Assembly (NCBI GenBank): GCA_958009085.1 | Contig: OY253669.1 | Coordinates: 310,001 to 374,000 of the forward strand | Direction of reading: 5' to 3' | DNA from: Protoeuglena noctilucae | Lineage: Eukaryota | DNA: 64,000 nt | Part shown: positions 26,358 through 46,385 of the stretch, one piece after another | Numbering within the stretch: position 1 is the stretch's first letter | Layout of the letters: every line of letters begins with the position of its first letter | Notes under the pieces: generated by a model | What the model saw: only the letters and a program-made list of their open reading frames with translations | What the model was told of the DNA's origin: nothing | Database searches by the model: none | Position numbers and translations under genes: made by a program

Positions 26358-26965
26358 CTTCTCCAAACTCCCGCCCCTCAGCTTTTTCTGCAGCGTTGCA
26401 GACTCCTGTCGCGAGCCTGGCAGCCGACACCGTCGCAACGTCGATTGCATCCTCCGAGCGGTCGATCGCGGCCGTCGTGAGCGCAACGAGCCCGCTTCTG
26501 GCAACCGGATGTCGGACCGGGGCCCATTGCACTTCTTCCGAGCCCAAGGAGCCCCGATTCGGCAAATGGCGAGATCAAGGATTGTCGTGCACACCTGTAG
26601 CGCACTAGGGCTGCTCGTAGATTGTGACGGTCCTGTTCCGAGACACTGGGCGCTCGAGTGAGCGCTCGAGAGGATGCTGCGGGGCGATGGCAACGACGAG
26701 GAACGCGGGGGTACGGGGACAGCGGGCCCGCGGGACAGGTGCGGCGAGGAACAGCAGGCCTCGGGCACGGGGCCCGGCTTGCATCCCCGCCGGCCCCTCC
26801 GCGGCTGGTGTGCGCGGCGCTGATTCCGTGTTCGAGATCCGCGACGCGGATGAGCCTCACCCCCGACGGCGCTGTCCCCTGCGGCCAAACGGCCTTGCGC
26901 GGCCTGCGGTGAACGCAACGGCCTTGTACGCGCCCAGCGGGTCTCCGCACCGCGACCGCAGCGCT

Positions 26966-28327
26966 ATGTCGAGCTCGGAGTACGGAAGCGAGGCGGACGT
27001 CGACCTTGTCCCGCTGCCGCTGATGACGAGCCGGGGTCGCGGTCCGCGCCGGCAGCTCGAACTTGATTTCGCCTCCGACAGGCGAGGGGGCCGGCGCGCC
27101 GTTTCGCAGGATCGCGCCCGATGACATCTTTGCGTTTGCTTCATGGCAGATCCTCTCGCCGGCCGCCATTGATGCCATGGCTGCTCTGACTTGACATGCA
27201 GGGGGCAGCAGGGGCAGCAGCCAGTTCCTCCACCGGGGCAGCGGCAAGGGGGCTTCTCCCCGCCCGTCACGGTCCCCGGGCGGCAGGATGTCGAGCCAGG
27301 CGGAGGGTTCAGGCCTGCGTCGGATGCGTTGCCGCCTGCGGCGCCGGAGGTACCCGTGTGTCTGTCCCCCGACGCGTGGCCGGCCAACGAGTTGCGGATC
27401 GAGCTCATTTCCGAAGCTCTCACGATCGAGAAGCCCAGGGACGGGGACCATGTCCGCAGCGACCCCATCGGTGCTGTGTTCCAGCGGTGCATGAACGCGT
27501 TTGGGGTCAAGCCCGAGTACCTGAAGCTCTACGAGCTGCGGTGCGTGCTGGGCGGCGATATTTACAGCTCCTGCGTTCGACCCGACGGTCCCTTCCCAAG
27601 TCACCTGCGCCGGCCCTGCTTCGCCGCAGGGAGATCGACCTGGCACACGCGCCACAGACCGCCCACATCGGCGTCATGATTCGCGGATCGCGCTTCAGTT
27701 TGAGGAGCCTCGAGCTGCTGCTGGCGGGGCAGATGGCCACGCGGGGGCCGCCTCTGAGCGCGGCAAACGGATCGGGGCCGGCGGGGGACGCATCAGCGGG
27801 GCCCTCGCACAACGGTGTCGGCGACGCTGGGCTCGGGAATCGGATCGCGGCGATGGAGCGGGAGCTGCAGCTGCTGCGTAGGCAGGTCGAGGACAAGGAG
27901 CGCCTGCGACGGCAGGTGGGCGCGCTGTGGGCACCCGCTAGTGCACCTGCTAGTGGGCCACATTCTCGCGTGCCCCTGGCCCCGTGATTGCCTGCCATGG
28001 TGTCCAATGATGTCCGTCGCAGGCCCAGCAAGCGCTGGAGCAGGTGCGCAGCGACTTCGAGGAGCTGGCGCGGCGCATGCACCAAGAGGTGAATGCTTTG
28101 GCGTGCGAGTTGCGGCGTGCATGGTGCGACAATCCCCGGATGCAGCGCGTTGCCAGCTGTCATGGGTGCTGCTTTGCCAGGCGCCATGCCACCCTTCGCC
28201 ACCCTGCGCCATGGCTCTGCAGGGATCCGGCAAGGCGGAGGACAATCACGTGGAGCGTGCGGACGTGCTGGACCGAGTGGAAGGGTTCCTTGCCAAGCTC
28301 TCCATGGGTGGGGCCGCACAGCCTTGA
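26966..28327 (+). CDS. Hypothetical protein with C-terminal coiled coil
   Basis: Splice-consistent exons MSSSEYGSEAD..SDR|GQQGQQP..YLKLYELR|EIDLAH..RIAAMERELQLLRRQVEDKERLRRQ|AQQALEQVRSDFEELARRMHQE|GSGK..GGAAQP*. No family recognised. Confidence 0.6.
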
Positions 28328-28610
28328 CAGCCTTGCCACGCGCTCGCCATACGATATCTTGTCGCACTCCAGGCCCCGAGTATGTGTTCCCTGCCACGCT
28401 CTATCCCCATCGCTTCTGACGCGATGTCTGCTGTAGCGAAAAGCGAAAATTTCTACCCGACGGTTGAAGACTCCCAGATCTTCTTGCGGCCTGATGTCAG
28501 GGTGTCCCTGCTGAAGCCTCCTTCGCGCTCGACTGTCCCCACGGGGCTGCAGATCCCGGGACGGGCATGCTGGACGCCGCTGCCGTGGCCACCTCCCTCG
28601 CGCGTGCGCC

Positions 28611-31600
28611 ATGGCAGCCCAGGACGTGACCGTCGTCCTGCAGAGGACCTATGACAGCGATGGGGCCGTCCGGGCATCGGCCGAAGCCCAGATGCGGGAG
28701 TTTATGGAGAAGGATTACGCATCCTACATCGTGTCCTTGACGGCCGAGCTCGCGAACGAGCAGAAGCCCGAGTTCACAAGGAGGCTGGCTGGGCTGATGC
28801 TGAAGAACTCGTTGGATTCCAAGGACGATGCCGTCAAGGCGAGTAACAGAGATCCTGGCGGCGGGGGTCCGTCGTCCCGCGAAAGGCCCCGCGAATCGGC
28901 GCTGCTGGCCGAAATGGCCGGGCAAAGTGCTCGGCGGGCGCCCTCCCGAGGCATGCGTTCGATTCGACGTCTCACATCCCTTGTTTGGCGCCTTTTGCAT
29001 CACCTCGCGGCGATGGGCCGGCGCGGGAGGGCCCGCGGCGCGGCGCTCGGTGCGGCAGTAACTCCCGGGCTTTCTTGGGATATTTCCGCTGATGGAGGCC
29101 AGAAAAGTCCACCCTCTCCGTCGCATCTGATTTTTCCATACTTGTTGCCAAGGGGCGGCCGCCTCCCTGGCCTCACTCGACCCCAGCGCGGGGGGCATTG
29201 TCGCGCTGTGCGCGTTTCCCTGCTTCGATCGGTTGGGGCCGCGACTGCCGCGTCCGCCGCCCGCTCCGCACAAGACTGGGATCCGCGCCAACCATGCCGT
29301 CGTCCGGGCAATGGATGGGTCGTCACTCGGCGCTTGCGACCCCTGTTGGCGGACGGCGCATCTGGCTGTCGCCGTGCCCCGCAGGAGAAGCTCACCCAGC
29401 GCTGGCAATCGGTCGATGCCGTCGTCCGCGATCAGATCAAGCAGGCGCTGTTGCGCGTGCTCACGACGAGCGAGGCGGCGGAGGTCCGGCGCGGCGCGGC
29501 GCAGGCGATCGCCAAGGTGGCGTCCATCGACATGGCGGACGGGGCGTGGCCTGATCTGATGGAATTCCTGATGAAGTTCACGTCCGCGGACGCGGGGGTG
29601 TCCGCGGGCGTCCGCACGAACACGCTGGAGGCCATAGGGTACGTTTGCGAGGAGCTGGCGGTGTACGACGGGGACCTGCTGTCGGAAAAGGAGACGAACG
29701 ACATCCTGAACGCGGTCGTGAAGAATATCGGAGAGACCGGTGAGGGCCGCGGGCGGGCGGCCGCACGTGGGGCCTGGCGCGACAGCTGCGCGGTGCAGGC
29801 GAGATATGTCCGGCTCCGCACGCGCAGACGTCCAGATCGCGGCGACGGCCATGCAGGCCCTGAGCAACGCGTTGACGTTCGCCCGGAGCAATTTCGAGCG
29901 CCAGCCTGAGCGCGACTACATCATGTCAGTCGTGTGCACGGGCTGCACCCACTCCTCGCCGGACGTGCGGCAGAATGCGTACGAGGTGAGCCTGTCCGCG
30001 TTGCGACAGACGTGTGTGCGGCGTGCGGGCAGACGCCCAGGGTGCCTGGCACCCGGGCTGAGGCAGCACAGCGCCGGGCGGGACTGCGCCCTGCGCTCAT
30101 GGCAGGGTGCAGTTTGTGTCATTTTGAAACTGCCCTCCGTCGCGTTCGGCGCTCGGGCGCCCCGTCGCTGTCGCTTCACGCCGCTCACCCGGGCCCTTAC
30201 CCGCCCTCGCAGTGCCTGTCGTCGATTGCCGAGCAGTACTACGACAAGCTGCAGGCCTACATGCAGGCCATATGGCAGCTGACCGTCAAGGCGGTGACGG
30301 AGGACTCGGACGAGGTGGCGCTGCAGGCCCTGGGTCTCTGGTACGCGATCGCAGAGTACGAGTCGACAGAGCTGCCCACGGGGGAGGACGGGGCGCCCGT
30401 GCCGGGCTTCATAAAGCAGGCGGCGCACTTCCTGGTGCCGATGCTGATCAAGCAGCTGACGAAGCAGGAGGAGGGGCAGGAGCACGACGAGGGCGCGTGG
30501 AACCTGTCGGTGGCGGGGGCCACCATCCTGGACCTTTCGGCGCCCATGGTGGGCGACGCGGTGGTGGAGCTGGTGATGCCGTTCGTGCAGGAAAACATCG
30601 CCAAGCGGGCGTCGGAGGAGGACTGGCGCTGGCGGGAGGCGGCCACGATTGCCTTCGGATCCATCCTGGCGGGGCCGTCCCCGCAGCACCTTGTGCCGCT
30701 GGTGCGGGAGGGGCTGACGTTCCTGCTCAAGTCCATGGAGGCCGAGCGGCACAGCATGGTGCTCGACACGACCATCTGGGCCATCGGCCGCATCTTCGAG
30801 CACGCCCACCTCCCCGACGTCATTACGCCCCAGCTCCCGGACATCGTCCGCATGCTCCTGGCGGCCCTGGGGGCCGAGGAGCACTTGGCGCGCAAGGCGT
30901 CGTACGCCCTCGTCCACCTCGCGGAGGGGTTCCCCAGCGACGGACCCGCGCAGAACAACCCCATGATGTCTTTCATCCCGCACGTCATCGGGGTGAGGCG
31001 CGATGAGCGAGTGACGCGTGCTGTGACACCAGGTTGCGACTCGACCCTCGTTCCGGGGGTCATGTCACACCGTGTGCAATGCACTGCCAATGCCGCTGCA
31101 CCGCTCGCTCCGAGCCATACCATGCATCACCTGCCACGCGCCTGTCCCTGACCTCATCGCCCTCTCTCGGTGCCCCGCAGCATCTGCTCAAGGCCAGCGA
31201 GCGCGACTCGGTCAACCTTCAGGTCGACGCTTTCGAGGCCATCAACGCCATCCTGGAGACCCTTCCGCCCGACACCAGCACCATCCAGCTCCTGATCGAG
31301 CTGCAGGTGCGGCAGCCGCGCAGGGCACGATCGTGTCCCTATCGCATCGGTTCCCAGAGCTCCATAGGTGTCTGGAATGGGGCGCGAGGACACCGCGCGG
31401 CACGGCTGACCCCGCGCTGCCCCACCCGTCGGGTGCATGTGGGTGCATGTGACGACCACTTGCCCACGTGTGCAACTTCCAACCTCACCCTCGGCCTTGC
31501 AGGGGACCATCCTCCAGAGGCTCAAGGTCGTGACGGCGTCCAGCGCGGCGTCCGTGGAGCTCCGGGAGCGCCAGTCCGAGGTGCAGGGCCACCTGTGCAC

Positions 31601-32813
31601 GGTGCTGTGGACCATAATGCGCAAGCTGTGCGACTCGGACCTGGGGACGGCGGGGAAGGAGGCCGAGGCGCCGCTCGCGGACGGCATCATGGTGGCGCTG
31701 CTGGAGGTCATCACCTCGCACCCGGGGACGGTCCACCAGCAGGCCCTCAACGCCTGCGGGCAGCTGGCGTGGGTCGTCGGGGACCGGTTCGACAACTACA
31801 TGCACCACTTCTGGCCCATCCTCACGCGCGCGCTCGAGGCGTACCAGCAGGAGCAGACGCTGCGCACAGGCGAGCGGCGCGTGGGGTTGGCTGAGGCACG
31901 CGCTACACCCCCGAGGCCGGCTTGGGCAGGCGGCAAGCAGCATGAGCGAGTGGGCTCATTGGAGACTGTGTACACAAGCTGCACAGCGCGCCTTTGTTTC
32001 TTCAACGATCTGTGTACGAGGTGACCCGCATGTCTTGTTTCTCCTCGCAGCCCTGGGTGTCTTGTCGGACGTGACTAGGGAGATTGGCCTCAAGATCCTC
32101 CCGCACTGCGACCAGCTCATGACGCTGCTGCTGCAGCTGCTGCAGAAGGACGACGTGCGGAGGGAGGTCAAGCCGCAAATCCTGTCGGCGGTGAGGGGCG
32201 CGAACCGTCGCGGCCGGCCGATTGCATAGCAAACCGCCCGCTGCGGGGCGGAGGGAGGGAGGCGGCGAGGCTGGTTCGCGCGCTCTGACTCGAGATCAAC
32301 GCATCCGTTTCGCCTCGTTTGCGCCCGCAGCTGGGGGACGTGGCTCTGGCGATTGAGGAGGAGTACCAGAAGTACCTTGGCCCGGTTCTGCAGACGCTGT
32401 CGAGCGCGTCTGCCCTGAGCCTGCAGGCGCAGCAGCGCGCGCCGACCGACGATGCGATGGCCGACTACAACAACGAGCTGCGGGAGGGCATCTTCGAGGC
32501 GTACGCGGGCATCATGGCGGGCCTGTCCCCGGTCACGCTCGCCAGCTTCCCGAGGGAGCTGGTGACGCAGATGCTGCAGCTGCTCCAAGGGGTCGCGCGG
32601 GACGAGTACAAGACGCCGGAGGTTTGCCGGGCCGCCACCAACTTCATGGGCGACCTGGCGCGGTACGTGCCATCGACCAAGGCCACGTGGCAGGCCGCCG
32701 AGAACAGCGAGTGGATCAGCATGCTCGTGCAGGCGTGCCAGAGCGTGGAGGACGGGCAGGAGGCCGCCGGGTACGCGGCCGGGGCCATCAAGGGCGCGAT
32801 CAACGGCAGCTGA
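28611..32813 (+). CDS. KPNB1: Importin subunit beta-1
   Basis: RRLAGLMLKNSLDSKD, AQAIAKVASID..WPDL, LEAIGYVCEE, NFERQPERDYIMSVVC, WNLSVAGATIL, WRWREAATIAFGSILAGP, VKPQILSA|LGDVALAI, DYNNELREGIFEAYAGI. Confidence 0.95.
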
Positions 32814-33281
32814 GGGTGCCGAGGGTGCGCGGACCGGCAGCTGAGGCCCGCCGGCCTGCCTGGGGCGCGCGGAGAGCCGTGGTGCTCGGACCGCCGGCGC
32901 GCGGGGCCGCAAGCGCTGCTGGAGTCGGAGACGAGCAGGCGTCGTAAGCATAGACCTTTGCTCTGGTTCTGATTAAGAATGCGCGGGGGGTGGGGTTGTC
33001 GGGCGCCGTTTTGCGCGTGACGCCGCAGCGGCCCGTCGCTTCTTCTGCCTTCGGCGACGCGACGTGTGCGCGGCTGTCGCAGACGCGGGCTCACGGGCCC
33101 AGTGCGCCGGCTGTGTTGCGCGTGACGCTCGGCACCTTTGGCACCATTTCAGCTTCCTTGTCTGTGGGGATGTGATGGGAAGGTACAGTACAATTGAATT
33201 GAGGAGAGACTAGAGGGACAACGTGCCACTCTGGTGCACAAATATCAGACATTCAGCTCCCGGACGCGAGGCTGCCCTTGT

Positions 33282-40163
<6,882 letters not shown>

Positions 40164-40296
40164 CATGGCGGGCGGAGGGCACCCGTCGTCCCATTGGACG
40201 CAAGGGCAGCCAACTTGGCGTAGCTTTCATGAGATGTCATTGACGAATTGAAAGAAGAAGACACCCCTGCATTCCACGCGAGCACATCTGGAAAGC

Positions 40297-41026
40297 CTAC
40301 AGCTCTTCGTCGTGCAGTCCTGGGGGAAAGGCACGGGGTAAGGGGAGTCAGCGTTGAGGTTACGCGGCTGGGCCCCCAGGCACCTCCGAATCGGGGTCCT
40401 GGCGCTGCGTGTGTCGCCCCGCTCCATCGCAAGCCATCGCGCGTGACTGCACCCACCTCTCAAGTCCGACTTCTCCTCGAATTGTTGGTCGAACTGAGTC
40501 TGCATCCGCTCCACTTCCCACACGATGCCGTCGATCGCCGAAAGCACCGCCTGCGCCGGCGACTTCTTCCTGCGCGCGAGAGCATGAACCCGGCTTACTA
40601 GATGAGCTTACCGCACGGCCTCCCGCGCAGCGCGGGGAAGGGGTGCGCCACCTCCGCACCCGTTGGTCTGCACACGGAGGTGCATGACGTGCTCCAGCGG
40701 GTGCGGGATGCGATACGCCGCGAAGATGACGTCCTGATCCTCGAGAAGCTTATGGCGGATGACGTTTCCCAGCGTGTGGTCCTCCCGCTGGATAATGAAC
40801 GTCGCCGCGTCCTTCACCTTCGTGTCCTTCTTGTAGGCCACCCTGCGGGCGCTCGTGCAAGGTGCAGCATGAGACTGGCGTCGATTGTGTGTCTCGCATA
40901 ATTGGGCAGAGTGCTGCCGCGCGCCACCGCCGGCCCGCTGCAATCGCAGGGCCGCTCCGCCCAGCCTCACTTCGGGACGCCCGTGGGCACCAGGAACTTC
41001 TCCAGACGCTCCGGCTGATTCGACAT
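40297..41026 (-). CDS. RPB11: RNA polymerase II subunit RPB11
   Basis: [14 protein letters not shown]..|[46 protein letters not shown]; inferred last exon GLHDEEL*. Confidence 0.93.
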
Positions 41027-41338
41027 CGCGACGACCACCTAATAAGCACTCGGAGTGTCCCCCATGCGATGGCAGCCCGCCCCTACGGGGGGGCACAGAG
41101 ACTTCCACTCCCCGCCCCGAACTCCAGCACACTCGAGCGCTTGATCCAGCTTCAAGCGGCCTCGTGAAATGTGCCGTTGTTCCAATTACCGGATGGGCTG
41201 CGGGAATGGCGCGTAGTTGACCAGCCAAGTGGTTCAAGTGGCCGCAAGCCACCGTGGCTTCGGTGCCAGAGGTCACAACGCTGAAGCCAGCGAGCTGTGG
41301 ACTCGGTCCTGCGAATCCCCTCAGTGCCAGGACGCAAC

Positions 41339-41816
41339 ATGGGGGGACGAGCGTTTTCAGGGAAGGGCGTTGGGTTCGGGGTGGGTGAGTGCCTCTTCGG
41401 AGTGGGCCGTGTCGCTCGCTGGGCCTGTAGAAAGTGGCTCCACAAGCACGAAACGCCTTGTCCGCTCCCATGTGGCAGGTGCTGGGTGTGGATTTGGCGT
41501 CGGGTGGGGCTTCGGCGGGGCACCCATCGGGCCCTTGAACATATCGGCTGGGGGTGGCTGTGGCGTAGGAGTGGGGCTAGGATGGGGCTTCGGAGTTGGA
41601 TGGGGTGCTGAATACATCGATACGAACGCGGCGTTCGAGAGCGCGACGGGCTCGGGGGCCCAGAGGCTGCGGTGAGCAGGGTGCCGCAGGAGCCCGGCCA
41701 TTTCCAGGCATCTCCAGCCCCCTCAACTGCACCTTTCCCTCGCGAGCTACAGGGACAACCTCATCAACTCGATCCTGCCGCGTGCCAAGGTCCAGCAACG
41801 CTACGGGGCCCAGTAA
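41339..41816 (+). CDS. TGD5: TRIGALACTOSYLDIACYLGLYCEROL 5-like glycine-rich plastid envelope protein
   Basis: [40 protein letters not shown]. The last exon [20 protein letters not shown] is inferred; without it the stop is at 41675. Confidence 0.75.
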
Positions 41817-41898
41817 GTGAGTTTCTTCGCTTCTTTTGTGAATTTCATCTACGCGGCGAGGAGTTGCCGGGACATATCAAAAGGGCTGCGTGTATTTT

Positions 41899-44800
41899 CT
41901 ACCTCTGAAGCGGCCCGGCCGCTGTGCCCAGCCTGCGCTGCAGGAGTCGGATGGCCTGCATGCTGGCACCGGCGGAGATGGGGTCCATAGGCATCCCTTG
42001 AAGCCCGGATGCAATGTGGGACACCTCCCTCGCGCGCTGCGGGCACCAGCGGCGGCGGCAGCGCGTTCCGCATCTCTCGGCAACAGGGAGGCTGCACCGC
42101 GACACTTCGCTTGCTGCAGACGCTATCTCAGGCACCGCGTCTTGTCGGGAGCTCGGCACGCACCTGAGCGTGCCACGCGGCTGGATTGCGGGCCGAGGCC
42201 GGTGGCGTCAGCTTGCTTAGGGCCGCCGCGACCGCCTCGCTGACTCGATGCACGACGTGGGAAACCACGGGCCGGGACGGTTCCTGGCCCATGATGCGTA
42301 CCATCGTCTCGACCACAGACCGCGTCTGCTCCAGCACTGCGACGACGCGGCGAAAAGGGCGCCATGGTCCCGCCAGGCATCGCGGGCGTGGGCGCTACCG
42401 CGCGGCAACCCCATGCACGCCGATAGGATGGCCTCTGATGCAGCAGCGGCCGACGCACCGTACTGGGCGTAAGGGCCCGGCCCAGAGGCATCGCTTGCGG
42501 ATGCCCACCGCGCCGCCACGGCCGCGAGCTCGTCCCTGTGCATCGCCTCCAGCTCGTCTCCTAACAACCTGCCAATGGCAGGGACCAGCATCTCCTGCCG
42601 GTGCACCTGGATGTCCCGTTGCAGCTTCTGCCACTCGTCCGCCGCCATTTCGTAGCGCGGGGGCTGCAGCTCCCAAGTCAGCGCGGCCGCCTGTGGGGGC
42701 AACACGGACGGTGCGAGACCTCAAGGGCAATAGAAGGGCTGCCAAGAGGCAGCTGCGCCATGCGGCGCACGAACAGCGTGCCCGGCGCCAGTTGCAAGGC
42801 ATGCGCCACGCTCGACGGTGGCGCTTGCAAGCATGGTGCGCCCCGCCATTCTGCATAGCGCCTGTGCTGGCAGCGGAGCGCACCAGAGAAGGCAGCAAAG
42901 CTTCGAGGATGTCCAGCGCCTGGCACGCGGACGCGAGGTGCTCGGCCGTGATGTCTGGCAGCCCCGCCGTGAGCTTGGCCCCTTGCCCCGCAACCAGCTG
43001 AGAGGTGCGGCTGTTGAACACCCGCAAGAGCTCCACAGCCCTGTGAATGAGCAACGGAGCGCGTCTCACGTCTCCCTCTTATAACCAGGAAGGCCATGCA
43101 CCACGCACACATCACACGCCCACCCCGTGCACCTCCGCCGCCCTCACCGGTGCGACACCTCCCACTGCAGCCACTCCAGCTCCTCCGCTGCCCCCATGTA
43201 CTCCTGCAAACTCTGCAGAAGCATCAGTAAGCTGTTCACGGCACTGTACGCATGGCCCTGCACCACGAGCCTCTCCGCAGCATCGCCGTCCTCCGACCCG
43301 TGGGCCCCCACTGCCCCCCCGGCTCCCTTCTTCGCCCCCGCCCGGCCCCTCCCACCCGCCCCGTCGCGCCACGCGACGCTCAGCGCCCGCTGCCCGTCGT
43401 CCCCGTCCCCGTTCGACGCCCCCGCTGCGTGATGCGACTCGACCGCGTCCACCACCGCCTGGAAGTGCCGGGCAACCTTGGCCGGGGCCCACCGCTCGGT
43501 CTGCAGCACCTGGTCCAACAGCTCCACGTGCCGCTGGTGCATCCCGTCCACCCACGCCTTGCACTGCGCCTGCACCACCGACCGGAGCGGGGCGTACGGC
43601 TTGGCCCCGAAGTCTTCCGAGAAGCGGTCCAGGTTGCCGACCGCGCTCAGCAGCTGGGCGAGCTCCGGCAGGCGCAGCTTGGCGTGCGCCGCGTCCCTCG
43701 TGCTCATCAGCTTGGCGCACCGCCCGCACGTCGCCTCACTGCGAAAGGCAAGGGGTCGCGGTCAGCAGCCGTGGGTGGATGAGCGCAGCTTCCCATTCCG
43801 GGCATCCATGCCTGGTGCGGGCAACTTACCAAAGGCCTCGGATCGCGCCCTGACACCTCGCGACGATGGGCCGGAGCTCCTTAATGGGGATCCGTGTCGC
43901 ACGAAGGGCGCCCTCCAGCGCGTCCGCCACGGCGCGGGCGAAGCGTACCGAGGACTCCGCCACGATGAGCACGCCCGCCAGCATGGCCAGGAACTGCTGG
44001 TGTTGCAGCGACGCCAGCTTCCGGCCCAGGTTGTCGCTCCCGCCCGACCCCGTGAAGTCCTTCAGCGTCGACTCCACCACGACCCAAATCGTCTGCTTGA
44101 TCTCCGCGGTTGTCTGCTCTTCCCAGCACGACACGGCCGTGCTCACCGCGCCCACCCGGCTGCGGCCACGACGGGACGGGACATGGGATGATATGCAAGG
44201 GTGACAGCAGACCTCACGAGGGACTCACGGGGCTCGCGGTGACGCTGTCAGCAGTCGAATGCGAGCTTCGCGAATGCAGTTGCGCGCCCTGGCTCATGCC
44301 AGCGCTCTGCTGTCACACGCTGCCCACCTCAGCCCTCCCACCAGAGGCACCAGCCAATCTTTCCAGCCCCGGTCCGTCACCCACGGATCCTCCGCATCCG
44401 CCCCCTCTTCCGGCGCCTTGCGCCCGGCCCCCTGCGCGGATGCCACGCGCGCAGCCCTCTCCGCGAGTGCCTGGGTCCATGCGTTAGCCGTCGCTTTGAG
44501 GAACTCCTGAAGAATGAGGTTGCCCACCGCTTCCCGGGACCCTGCGACGACATTAAGAAAAGGCATCGAGGTCGTCCACTCCTTGCATGCGACACCTTGC
44601 AAGTGTACAAAGGCAGACGATGCAGAGGTAGCACAGCGAACCCAGGGTGACCACGCCATCCGCGGGAGCGCAGGCCGCAGCCCTCACCGGCCAGGATGTC
44701 TCCGGCGTGCGTGAAGCACCGCAAACGGCCGATGTTCTTGTCTGACAGGGCCTGAGTCAGGGATCGCAGGGCGTCAAGCGAACCGGGGACGTCCTGCGCC

Positions 44801-46109
44801 TGCAGCATCTCCCACAAGGCCTCCCGGCACTTCTGCGGGACGCGGACGCAAAGGTATGAGCCTCTGCGCGCGCACGCGAGGTTTGCAGCGACACCATCGC
44901 ATCGGTGTTGCACTCGCACTCAACGCAGCAACAGCTCCTGACAAAAGGAGGACCCGTGGCATCCCTCACCTGCACGTGCTGCACGTCCGCCAGCAGCGCC
45001 ATGGTGCTCTGCAGGTTGTCCCTGTCTTCGTCGAGGGTCGTGACCTGCCGCGCCGTGGCCGCCATGCGCCCGTCAAAGTGCGTGAGCCCCTCGCGCGCCG
45101 TCGTCGCCTTGACAAGCGCCTTCGCCACCATCCCCTCCAGCTCCTGCGACGACACCGCGCAGGCGAAGGACATGAGCGAACGACCTTCCTAGGACTGCAG
45201 GGGTTGCTGGCCTGAGACCCGACACCCTGCCTTCCCCCCCACATCTGCGGACCGCGGGGGTCACCAAGCGCCCGCACCTGTATCCCCGCGATCATCCCGA
45301 ACAGGGAGTCCATCCGCAGGCCAATCTCCGACAGCAGGGCCTCCTGCACGGTCACAGCCTTGAGCTCCATATCCGAAACGCGCGCCTCGATGCGGTCCAG
45401 GTCCCATGTTACGTCGTTCGCGAGGCTCGAGAGCGCGTAGAAGACGCCCGGATCGGACAGATCGAACGTCTCCTCGAACAGGACGGGCGGGAGCGCGTCC
45501 AGGCCTGGGTGCGTGCGCGCGAACGCCGACAAGCCCTGCGGGACCGCGCCGGCCTCCTTGGCCATGGCCAGCAGCAGCTCGCTCGGTCGCTGGAAAGCGA
45601 CACGAGCCTTCTCGTAGGAAGGGAAGAGGTCCCGCATCAGCGAGAGGTAGGGAGCGAAGCTGTTCGGGTCGACGGTGGGCAGCGTGGACGGGGCGGGAGC
45701 CGGAACTGCGTCGGCATCCGACACCGCCAGACGACCGACCTTCAGGAGACCCTGCGCGAGCGAGGCGCACAGGGCGCGATGCGTCGGGAGCTGGTCGCGG
45801 GAACGGCTTCAGTGCGGCGCCCCAGCACGTCGCCTGCCAAGCCTCCGGAAGCAATCGGCTCGCCTGGAACTTGGCCTGAATGGTGTCCCACCCTAGCTCC
45901 TCGTCGAGAGGCTGGGCGATAGCGGCCGTGAGGTTCTGCCCTTTCGTGCGCAGGCTCGGGTCACGCATTGCTGCCCGCAGGGCCGGGTGGAGAGCAGCGG
46001 AGCCATCGTGCTGCTTCCCACCGCCCCTCGCGTCGCCGCCTCCTCTGTCCCCGTTCGTCTCGGCGCCCTCCGCCACCCGAGCACGCGGGTCCCCGGATTG
46101 GAGAGACAT
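41899..46109 (-). CDS. VPS54: GARP complex subunit Vps54
   Basis: LPTVDPNSFAPYL, LPPVLFEETFDL, LLSEIGLRMDSLF, LDQVLQTERW, AVNSLLMLLQSLQEY, VELLRVFNSRTSQLVAGQGA..GLPDITAEHLA. Both ends are approximate. Confidence 0.85.
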
Positions 46110-46212
46110 TCTGGAGGGGAATGCTCCCTCCGCCCGCTGCGCCTGCGGCTTCTTGCCACTGCTGATGTCATGAGCGCTGTTTGCTGCCTATCATGCAGGG
46201 CTCTGCTCAGGG

Positions 46213-46220
46213 TAGGGTTT
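46213..46220 (-). promoter_or_regulatory. Telo-box AAACCCTA in the VPS54/H2B-like divergent promoter
   Basis: TAGGGTTT on the plus strand at 46213-46220. Function is unproven. Confidence 0.35.
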
Positions 46221-46385
46221 TAAGGGTACCTACCCAGCAGAATGCCTCATCCGCCTCCACCAGCGCCAAAGAAACGAGACAGAGAATGCACAGCTTGTGT
46301 TGGCGTGCACGGGGTCGGAGCTTGTCCCCTGCCGCAGCTTCAATTTTTACAAAATAGAGCTGTCGCACGTTGCCCCGCACCGCCG

